64,000 bases of DNA, from positions 18,516-82,515 of the forward strand of contig CAYUQB010000002.1 in assembly GCA_964446735.1 (NCBI GenBank), read 5' to 3'. The translations under genes and the position numbers were made by a program. Shown here piece by piece: positions 28,397 to 40,300 of the stretch. The stretch comes from an uncultured Candidatus Saccharibacteria bacterium. Its GTDB lineage: Bacteria; Patescibacteriota; Minisyncoccia; Phycocordibacterales; Phycocordibacteraceae. Position 1 is the first letter of the stretch. Every line of letters begins with the position of its first letter. A model generated the notes under the pieces. The model was not told where the DNA came from and did no database searches. It was given only the letters and a program-made list of their open reading frames with translations.

Positions 28397-31300
28397 ATGT
28401 CCCTTCCACTCGATAAAAATTTCATCCCAAATAAGGTAGCGAGTGAATTGTCCGGATACAACTCGGACTACATCGCTCGACTTTGTCGTGAAGGAAAAAT
28501 CGAGGGTACGCAAATCGGTCGCGCATGGTTCGTAAATCGCGAGTCGCTAGAAAAGTTCATCAAGCAACAGGACACGCGCAAGAAGGAAATCGCGCGTGAA
28601 CTCTCTGCAGCTCGCGAACGCGAGTATTCTGCACGTCAGAATGCCGCAACTGAAGTAAAAGAAGTCAAGGAAGTACGCATTTCTACGGAGACTTCGATTC
28701 CAAAGGCCAAGCTCATCCCTTCGCAGATTGCACCGCTGCAGGCAGTAATTCACCGACCAGTACATGTGCGCGTAAAAGCTCGCAGTCCGCGCCTTTCGGA
28801 GGTTCACCCAACACTTCGCCCAGGATTCGCACTCGCTCTTACTGCACTCGTCTTGATGATCTCTGTATACGCTGCGGAGAGCGGACTCGTAAACAATTTT
28901 GCCTCACGTGTCATTACGTCAGCAATGCGCACTCACGCTGATGCGCCTGAACTTCCGTTGCGAAGCGCGTTTGCCATTCGTGGCATTGGTGAACATCTTG
29001 CACTTGGGACTTCACATCTCGTCACCGGCGCGCCAAAAGTGTATGAACGTGGCCTCATGGCACTGGTGCGGACACCTGCAGATTCTGCTGCAGCTGTTGC
29101 AACGGTCACGACAACTCCGGAACACGGAATCGGTGAGCGCGTTGCGCTTACGACCTACCGTGGCATCACTCGCTTTTTCAGTAACGCTACCGACCGGCTC
29201 GCAGTCTTCTTTGGATTTAAAAGTCCGAACATCGCGGTGCTTCCATTCGAGGCTGCCAGCGCACTTCATCCCTCGACCAATCTTCCCGCACCAACATCAT
29301 CTGGTGAGTATCGACCCACGACGCAAGGTATTACCACCGTCAACTACCTCACGGGAGTTTCGAGTGAGTACGTCGATAGCTACGTCTCCTCGTATGTAAC
29401 CAATGCACTTCGTGGTGTACGCGAGCAGATCGGACGTGATGTGCTGGATAGTAATGCGGTAAAGCGCAGCCGTAGTTCATCGAGCGGAAGCTCTTCAGGT
29501 GGAGCAGCAACCTCGGTGAATGGCGCGGTGGTAGCAACCTCGCTCACGCTCTCTGGTATCACTGGTTCTACGCAGTGTCTCCAAGTTGATACTTCAGGCG
29601 TCGTGTCCGGGACAGGATCCGCCTGTGGTGCAGGCGGCAGCGGAATCACTGGGCTTAAGGGTCAGTATTCAAGTACACAGACAGGCGCAACTCAGACCTT
29701 CGCGACGTCGAGTGATACCAACCTCACACTTACAATCACTTCTTCAGGAGACACGCATACTTTCACGCCGGGTTGGACTGGCGTACTTTCAGTAGCACGG
29801 GGCGGGCTCGGGCTCTCTGCCGTTACTGCCAACGGACTCCTTATCGGAAATTCTGCAGGCACTGGGTACACAAGTGTTGCAACCAGCTCGCTCGGCCTTT
29901 CAACTTCCGACATCAGCGAAGGCAGCAATCTCTACTACACGACTGCACGCTTTGCTGCATCGCTCGCTGGTACTACCACTGACGCACTTGCTGAAGGAGC
30001 GATCAATCGGTACTACACTGACGCACGCGCACGCGCAGCCTACAGTACGACTGCAACTGGTCTCTCATACAGCAGTGCCAGTGGCGTACTCTCGCTCTCG
30101 AGCGGCTACAACATTCCACTCACCGCATCGACCACGAACTGGAATTCTTTCTACGACACACCCTCGACGCGTATCACTGCTGGTACCAATCTTTCCTGGA
30201 GCGGCAACACACTCAACGGTCCGGCTGACTCAACCATTCGAGGACTATTCTCAGGCACCTACCCAGTTAGCTACGACAGTGGCACGGGAGCCTTCAGTCT
30301 TGCGTTTGGTACCACTACTTCAAACACCTGGGCAGGCACACAGACGTTCACCAACACTCCAGTTCTCGGTACGCTCACCGGACTCGTAGGATCAAACAAC
30401 GGTAGCCTCTATCAAATCGCCACCTCTTCCAACTTCGTTACATCGATCGCGCAAAGTTTCGGTTCTGCACAGACCGGTGCCGTCACACTCGCAACAAGTT
30501 CTGCCGCGACCTGGAATGGAGTGACCTTCACTAACTCGATCACTAACTCTGGCGGCACGTTCACCTTCACGCCGGCACTCTCTGGTACGCTCGCGGTCGC
30601 AGGTGGCGGCACCGCCACCACCACCTTCTACAACGGTGGCGTGGTCTTCTCTGACGGCACCAAACTCACCCAAGCAGCCGCCGCAAGCAACTTCTTCTGG
30701 GACAACACCAACAACCGTCTTGGTCTTGGCACCTCTTCTCCATGGGGTCAGCTCTCGATCAATCCGAATGGCATTAGTGGACCAGCGTTTGCAATTGGCT
30801 CTTCTACCGACACCCTCTTCTCCATTACCAGTGGCGGACACATAACAATCGGCACATCCACACCCGCATCAACCAACGGAATAACCCTCACGACAACAGC
30901 AGGTACCGCAGCCCCGATCCTGTACATGTATCGAAACGATAGTTCAGTAACCGCAAGCGAGTCCCTGGGTGCAATTTACTTCGACAGTAACGATGGCCCG
31001 GTGAGTACAAACGATGCTGCGGTAGCTATCCTGGCCCAAGCCGCAGAAGTGCATGGAAGCACCGCGAAAGGTGGACAACTCATTTTCCAGACTAAATCGA
31101 TTGGAACAGGTCCTAATAGTAGTTCCGACGAACGTTTCCGAATTACCGCAAGTAATACCAGCGGTTTCAGTACCTCATCTCCGTATGCGACGCTCTCAAT
31201 TCACACGAACAAGGATGTAACGAATAGAACCCTTTTTGCAATCGGCTCATCGACAGCTTCCGCGACCTCAACGCTCTTTAGTATTACGAACACCGGTTCG

Positions 31301-34300
31301 ACTACTCTCTTCCAACTCCCAAGTTCGGTACTGACTACGAATGAGAATGGCACCATTGTCGGTACCACATCGGTTGGCATTACTTACGGCGGTACCGGCA
31401 TCACTAGCTACACTTCCGGTGATCTTCTCTACGCTAACAGCAGCGGCATCCTCGCAAAGCTTGGAATTGGTTCGGCCGGTCAGGTGCTCAAGGTCACCGG
31501 TGGACTACCTGTATGGGGTGCCGATCTTACGACTGGCGGCGGCGGCGGTGCCGGCGCGTGGGCAACAACGAGTGATAGTCTTGCTGTCTACCCGACCGAC
31601 ACTTCAGACGTCATCATTGTCGGCAACAGCGCGACTAGTACGCTCACCAGTATTTTCGAAGTGCATGGCAAGTCGTACTTCTCAAATTTCCTCGGTATCG
31701 GCACGACGAACCCTTCGACACAACTCTCGGTACAAGGTGATGCGCTCTTCTCGGGTAATCTCTCACTTGCAAACCTTACTGCAACTGGAACGATCTCAAC
31801 CACAAATCTCACGGTAGGTACCCTTAACGGACCACTTCATGCGAACAATGGCGTCGTTTCAGCAACCACGTCTATTGGTGTGCTTTACGGCGGTACAGGT
31901 CTTACGACCGCTCCATCGTACGGACAGCTTTTACTCGGTAACAGCAGTAGTGGCTATACACTCACCGCAACTTCTTCGTTGGGACTCCAGTCGGTTCTCC
32001 AGGGTACCCAAGGTCAGGTCGCATATTTCTCAGACACAAACACTGCGGTCGGTACCTCAAGCATTTTCATCGGAACAAATACGAATGTCGGTATCGGTTC
32101 CTCGTCGCCAAGCGCGAGACTAAGTATTCTCGGTGCAGATGCTGCATCTTCGGGAGCGACTGCACCCCATGCGCTGTATGTACGGGGTGGTACTGGTGGG
32201 TCGACTAGCGGGTTCGGTGGCCCCATAACACTTGTTGGAGGCGCGGCAGGGGTGGCGACCTCAAATGGAGGTACGGTGACCATTGTCTCTGGCTCGTCAT
32301 TTGCAGGACTGCCTGGGGCAGAAATCGAACTGACCGGTTCAGCGAATAGCGCTGGTGGTGGTCTCACGTTCACCGGTGGGAATGGCAGTATCCTTGGAGG
32401 CGGGTTCACATTCACTAGCGGAGATGGTCAGTCGGGCGGTTCATACTACTTCACCTCAGGCGATGGCTCCTTGAATGGTGGTGACTTCAACTTCACAAGT
32501 GGTGCCGCGACTTCTTCCGGAAGCGGTGGACAATTCACTTTCACAGGCGGTGTCGCAAGTTCTACAACTGCAAACGCAACGGGCGGTGGCTTTACCGTCA
32601 CCGGTGGAGCTGCAAGTTCTACGATCTCGACTGTCCACGGTGGTTCCATTCAACTGACCGGCGGCTCGGGTGGTACCGGTGCACTTACGGTAGGAAGTGG
32701 AGGGAATATTGTCCTAAACGGAGGTGCTGCGGGTGTCGCAGGCGGTTCGGTAGGGAACGTGCTTCTCGCTGGGCTACGTGGCAAGGTGGGTATCGGTTCA
32801 AGTAGTCCCTATGCGCTCCTCTCACTGCATGCTTCCAGCACCGCGACCACACCAATGTTGTTTGCAATTAGTTCTTCGACCTCTACGTTTGCGACGTCAT
32901 CGCTGTTCTCCATCAACAATGTCGGTTCTACCACCCTCTTCCAGCTTCCAAGTTCGGTGCTTACCACAAATCAGAATGGAACTATCGTCGGCACCACTTC
33001 AATTGGTGTTACGTACGGTGGTACTGGTCTCACGAGTGGCCCATCGTACGGCCAGTTGCTTGTAGGTAACGCGTCCGCTGGGTATTCACTCACTGCAACG
33101 AGTTCACTCGGACTGGTTACATCAGTGAACGCATCCGGTGGCACTACCGGTCTTTCATTCTCGGGCGGCCCCATCACCTCGTCAGGCACACTTACTCTTT
33201 CTGGGACACTTGGACTTGCGAACGGCGGCACCGCCACCACCACCTTCTACTCCGGTGGCGTGGTCTTCTCCGACGGTGCTCGCCTCACCCAAGCTTCCTC
33301 CACCAGTGACTTCTTCTGGGACTCAACTAACAAGCGTCTTGGTCTTGGCACGTCTACTCCATGGGGCCAACTCTCCATTAACCCCAATGGTATTAGTGGA
33401 CCAGCGTTTGCAATTGGCAGTACCACTAACACGAGCTTTGTGGTGACGAATGGGGGATATGTGGGGATTGGAAGCGCGGTGCCGACCAACGCGCTTACGG
33501 TTGTTGCGAGCTCAACTTCTGTGACGAGCACTTTCCCGTTTGACGACACACAGCTTGAAATTGCAGCAACCTCTTCAAGTTCCGGTTCACTCAATATTGG
33601 TTTGAATTCGAGACAATCACGCTACTACATAGTTGGTAACTCGGGCAATCTGACGTCCAACGATATGTATATTGGTGTTGACGGATCAAGTGATGGATTC
33701 GGAAAGGTTCACATCATCACCGGGTTTGCAGGTGGATCGGTACCACGTATTACTGCCACACGTGATGGTCAGGTGGGTATTGGTACGACTTCTCCCTACG
33801 CAAAATTCGCTGTTCACGCCGCTAATGCTGAAACCAATCGTGTCCTCTTTGCTATTGGTTCCTCAACCGCTTCCGCAACTACCACTCTCTTCTCTGTAAA
33901 CAACATCGGCTCCACAACGCTCTTCCAGCTTCCGAGTTCGGTACTGACTACGAATGAGAATGGCACGATTGTCGGTACCACATCGGTGGGCGTAACGTAC
34001 GGCGGTACGGGACTTTCAACAGCACCCGCCTATGGCCAGCTTCTGGTGGGTAACTCTAGCGGTGGGTATACCCTTACGGCAACCAGCTCACTTGGGCTTG
34101 GTACTGGTAATGGCACCGTCACTTCTGTAGATGCTTCAGGTGGCACTACCGGTCTTTCATTCTCGGGCGGCCCCATCACCTCGTCAGGCACACTTACTCT
34201 TTCTGGGACACTTGGACTTGCGAACGGCGGCACCGCCACCACCACCTTCTACTCCGGTGGCGTGGTCTTCTCCGACGGTGCTCGCCTCACGCAGGCATCT

Positions 34301-37300
34301 TCCACCGGTGACTTCTTCTGGGACTCAACCAACAAACGCCTGGGACTCGGTACCTCAACACCGTTTGCGAAACTTTCTGTCAATCAAAACACGAGCGGTC
34401 CAAGCACGATACCGGCCTTTGTCGTGGGTGCATCTGATTCAACGAAGTTTATCGTCACAGCAAGTGGAAATGTGGGTGTTGGAACTTCTTCCGCTGCGTA
34501 TACACTCGATGTAGGCGGGTTCGCAAACGTCGATAAATTCTCGGGCTACAAACAGGATACGTTCACCATCCTCACTGCATCGTCCACATCACTTTCAACA
34601 TTGGTCGGTATTAATGCAGGCGCGTCACTCACTCAAGGCGCTCGCTATGCAACCGTCCTTGGCTACGGCGCACTCCAGAACACAACGTCCGGCACCTATA
34701 ACACCGCAGTTGGCTATCAAACATTAAATGCGAACTCGACCGGTGCGCAGAACACTGCACTTGGTGCATTCGCACTCACAAATAATTTCACCGGCGCAGA
34801 CAATGTCGCACTTGGCTATGGTGCGAGCTACTTCAATGCATATGCGACGCGCACCGTTGCTATCGGTAGCGAAGCAGGTGAGGGCGTCGGCAACTATGCA
34901 AACCAGGGTGGAGTACTCGTAGGCTACAAGTCTGGCTTCAACCTGACCGATGGTTCCAACTACAATACACTTCTTGGCTACCAATCAGGCTTTGGTATCA
35001 CCACGGGTGCCAACAACATCATCATCGGTGCAGACTCTGATGGGAGTGGTGGAAACTCAAATCTCACCACCGGATCGGGAAATATTCAGATCGGGTACAA
35101 TATCTCGCTCCCAAGCGCGACCGCAAGCAATCAACTCAACATCGGAAATCTTATCTACGGTACCGGAGTGAGTGGCACGGCTTTTGTACCATCGACAGGT
35201 CGTATCGGTATCGCTTCTACGTCACCGTTCGCAAAGCTCTCAGTACATGCGAACAATGGAGATACTAACCCCGCGCTGTTTGCGATAGGTTCTTCAACAG
35301 CAAGTGCGACAACCACTCATTTCCTGGTCACGCGTACCGGCGAAGTCGGCATCGGTACTACTTCTCCGAGCGCGCAGCTTGCACTTTCCGGTGTATCAGG
35401 AACAACCGCAGCAGCACCGGATTTCCTAGGCCTGTTTGGAGGCACAGGAGGCGCGCCAGTCACCGGTGACGCTGGCGCTGGTTCGAGTGGCAGGATTGGT
35501 GCAGGTGCAGGTGGAGCGACAGCTAACGGGAATGGTGGGGCAGGCGGCTCGCTCACCTTCGCTGCCGGTACGGGCGGTGCGTCGTCTCAAACAACCGGTA
35601 TCTCCGGCGCAGGCGGTTCACTTAGCCTTTCGGCCGGTAACGGCGGTGATGGCAGTGAACTGGTGTCGACTCCTGGTAACGGCGGTGCGATTACCATTAC
35701 TGCTGGTTCTGCTGGAGGAAATGGAGCAGCATCTGGCGGTAGTGTGACTATCAATCCGGGTGCAAAGGGTACTACGGGGAGTGATGGAAACGTTCTCATC
35801 GCAACACTTCGTGGGAAAACCGGTATTGGTACTACTTCACCGTACGCAAAGCTCTCCATCCACTCAAATAATGGCGATACCAATAGGACGCTTTTTGCTA
35901 TCGGTTCTTCAACGGCTTCTGCCACGACCACACTCTTCAGTATTACGAACACTGGTGACGCAACACTTCTAGGTACTTCTACTGCTGCAGGTGGTTCCTT
36001 CACGAGACTGACAGTTGGTTCTGATTACTTCACTGATCTTACGGGCACTGGCCTTGCTCTTTCTGGAAGCGCACTTACCCTCGACACAGGAAATGCCAAC
36101 TCTTGGACCGGTACTCAAACGTTTAACACGGTGACCATCAATACTGGATATGTCTTCACCGTTGGAACACTGAATGGTCCTCTGCACGCCAACAACGGAG
36201 TTGTGGCGGCGACAACCTCTATCGGCGTTACGTACGGTGGTACAGGCCTCACGACTGCACCGAGTTACGGTCAAATTCTTGTGGGTAACGCGTCCTCCGG
36301 CTATACCCTCACCGCAACCTCATCACTTGGCCTCCCGACTGGTTCGGGTGCAGCAGGACGTGTCGCGTTCTGGGATGGTACGGGCAGTCTGTCCTCAAAT
36401 GCCAATTTCACTTTCTCCTCGACTAACAGTCAGTTCTCAATTCCAAATAATGGGTGGTATGCAATTGGTGGCAACCTCCTCGGATATGCTTCATCCACAA
36501 ATCAAGCGACGATCTTCGGTCTCGGTGCTGGCGGCAATAACGCAACCACAACTGGAGCCGGAAGTAATCTGACGGCAGTGGGATTCAATGCGCTTAATGC
36601 CATGACGACTGGAGCGAACAACACGGCGGTCGGTTCACTTGCGCTTAGAAGTGCCACAACTGGCGGTGCGAATACGGCGGTCGGTGCGAGTGCGCTCAGT
36701 GCACTTACTACGGGTGGCTTCAACACCGCAGTTGGCTACCTCGCGGGCACCAGCGTAACAACCGGAGCCGGCAACTCGATACTTGGTCACGATGCCGCAG
36801 CCTCACTCACTGTTGGTTGGAATAACACACTCATTGGTCAGTATGCTGGGTACACCATCACGACCGGGTCAGGTAACACCGTGCTTGGCGGTGTCGAAGA
36901 TACAGGAATAAGTAACCTTACGACAGGTGACAACAACATTGCCATTGGACTCAATATTCTGTTCGCGGACGGTACGGCGGATAACCAACTTAACATTGGT
37001 AACTTCATCTTCGGCACCATACCCGCCACAACGACAAACAGTTCACTTCAACTGCCGAAAACCGGCAAACTCGGTATCGCCACCTCTTCTCCGTACGCCA
37101 AACTTTCCATTCACGCGAATAACGGATCAACTGATACCACCCTCTTTGCGATCGGTTCTTCGACCGCAAGTGCTACCTCGACACTCTTTTCCGTTAGTAA
37201 TTCCGGCCAGCTCTCTTCGAATCTCTCGGGAACAACAACACTCTTGCGGGTCGCAGGTCGGGAATTCATCAAGGCGGATACCGCATCACTCAACCTCGCA

Positions 37301-40300
37301 CTCGGCTTTGATCCGCTTCGAGCGCTTACGACCGGAAGCGGGAACATAGCTATCGGTGAGAATGCTGGGTATGGAATTACCACCGGCACGTATAACACCA
37401 GCATCGGATACGGAACACAGAATCAAAACGGTCATTATAATGTGGCGCTCGGATACCAGACCGGCGGAGCTGGCAATAGAGCCGTGGCAGTCGGGTATAA
37501 CGCCTATTCGGATGGACAAGGTGGTATATCAATAGGTGCTGGTGCGAACGCGTTTGGAAGTTCAACTATTGCTGTCGGTTACGGGGCATACGCCAACAAC
37601 ACAGACGGTATTGCACTCGGTAGTGACGTGTTTTCATACGGAACCGCTGCGATCGTGATCGGTGCCTCTGCTTCAAGTGACTCGGGCGCCTCGAGCACTA
37701 TCGCTATCGGTTACAACGCATATGGGGGTGGCACAATTTCTAACACAGTCATTGGCGACACCGCTGGTTTCAACATAGCAGGAAGACGCAATCTTCTTAT
37801 CGGACCGACTGCGTTCGATCCCAATGGTGCTTCAGACGGTGGATTGAGTATTGGCAATCTCATTTTCGGTACACTTCCTGCCACGACCACGGTTGCCTCA
37901 CTACCGCTCACGGGCGCAATCGGTGTTGCTACCACTTCTCCGTATGCAACCCTTTCAGTTCACGCAAACAGCGGCTCAGTAAACACTACGCTCTTCGCGA
38001 TCGGTTCTTCGACCGCGAGTGCCACCTCGACTCTCTTCTCCATTAACAATATCGGCTCCACCACACTCTTCCGTCTCCCAAGTTCAGTCCTTACAACGAA
38101 TGAGAACGGCACAATCGTTGGCACCACATCTGTTGGTGTCACCTATGGCGGTACCGGCCTGGCGACGGCTCCTTCGTACGGTCAACTTCTCCTTGGAAAC
38201 GCATCAAGTGGGTATACACTCACGGCAACGTCCTCTCTCGGTATCGCTATCAGTGATACTACTGGTACGCTCAGTCTTGCTCGTGGCGGCACCGCCACCA
38301 CCACCTTCTACAACGGTGGCGTGGTCTTCTCTGACGGCACCAAACTCACCCAAGCAGCCGCCGCAAGCAACTTCTTCTGGGACAACACGAACAACCGTCT
38401 AGGGCTGGGTACCTCAAGTCCATGGGGCCAGCTCTCCATTAACCCCAATGGCATTAGTGGACCGGCGTTTGCCATCGGGAGTACCACGAGCACAAGTTTT
38501 GTGATTACTAACGCAGGATATGTGGGCATCGGGACGGCAACTCCACAAACCAGCCTCGATATTGATGGAGGTAATGTCCGTATAACGAATCTCTCGGGAA
38601 GTGTACAAAACCTGCTTTCACTCAATAACACGTCAGCGGGAACTGCGGCTGGAAACGCAATTGTATTTAACGGGCCCTCGAGTGTTCAGTATGGAAAAGT
38701 TGAGGTGGCCGCAGATAGTGCAACCAGTCAAACCTATCTTGCGCTCACGGTCCGTGGTGCGAGCGCTGCGTATGAAGCACTTCGTGCGGTGGGTTCGAGC
38801 GGGAGTATTGGTATCGGTACCACCACTCCGAAGTGGAAACTCACTGTTTCCACTTCGACTGCACCGCAACTCACCTTGACTGATGGCTCTGCCACTAATG
38901 CGCCCTTTAACTTCCGTGCCATTAACAACCTTTTGTACTTCTCGACCTCTTCGCCAACTACCTACGCTACCTCAACTCCGTTCTTAAGCTTCGACAGCTC
39001 TACTGCTTCGACCAGTATTCTGAGACTTGATGTGACGGGCACTGGAACCTCTACCTTTGCCAACGGTCTCAATATCGCCAATGGTTGCTATGCCGTGAAC
39101 GGTGTTTGCTTGGTCGGTACGTTCACCAACACGCTCGCTTCAGGCGGCACCGCCACCACCACCTTCTACAACGGTGGCGTGGTCTTCTCTGACGGCACCA
39201 AACTCACCCAAGCAGCCGCCGCAAGCAACTTCTTCTGGGACAACACGAACAACCGTCTCGGACTTGGAACATCGACACCATTTGGTCAGCTCTCCATCGA
39301 TTCGAACGGAATTACTGGTCCTGCGTTTGTTATTGGTTCATCAACCGCCACTCATCTGTTAGTTGAGAATAGTGGAAGAGTGGGTGTTGGTACTACCTCG
39401 CCTGCATCCGCGTATGGATTTAATGTCGGCACAAACTCGTATTTTGGAGCCACTACAACATTCGCTGGAGGTGCTGCTATCGGTGCATTTACCTCGGGGG
39501 GTAAGACAGGTACCTGGATTAATCTTCCAACGACTGGTCCGTCTGGTATTGGTACTGGCGGAGCAGGAAGTAACCCGTTTGTCGCATATGCTGCGTCAGC
39601 CACCGACTGGTTCAACGGTTCAATAATAGGTGACGCTGTGTATCGTAACGCAAACGGAACTCGTATTCTCATGGGCATTAGCAACAATAATGGTACTGCT
39701 CAACCACAGATTATTATTCAAGGTAACGCCTCATCTACCTGGCAAACCAGTTTCGGTACGACTTCACCATGGGGCATGGTCTCGATTGGTTCCCATGGGA
39801 TTGGAGACAAACCGGCGTTTGTCATTGGTTCGTCAACCGCGACTAATTTGATCGTCACCAATAGTGGACGAGTAGGTATTGGCACTAGCTCTCCTACCAG
39901 CATGCTCGCAGTTGGGGGAAACGTGACAATTAGTACTGCTGCAGCAAATAGCGGATTGCTGACCATCTACTCAGAGGACACAGGGTCCCTGTCCAATATG
40001 CAGGGTATCGTCGTTGCTGATCGTCAAAATGCCTACGGATCCTGGCAGACTCCTAGCGGGCTCGATGGAGTTCAGATCGGCGGCGGCGGCGAAGTAACCG
40101 CCTGGAATCAAGACTTCTTTATCAACTACTACTCCACCGGAGATGTGCGGCTTGCTCGCGGCGGCGGAGATGTGTTTGTAGGAAGCTCTCCACCGACAGC
40201 TCGGTTAAGCGTTAAGGGAAGCGCGGGTAGTACGACACCGGTGTTCCTCGTTTCTTCCTCCACGAACGCGAATCTATTTAATGTGCAATCGACTGGATTC

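Noticed and set aside
30605-39258. Repeats as DGR template/variable regions or a CRISPR array
   Set aside because: No reverse transcriptase or cas gene in the window, no adenine-specific mismatches, and copies are in-frame and kilobases apart
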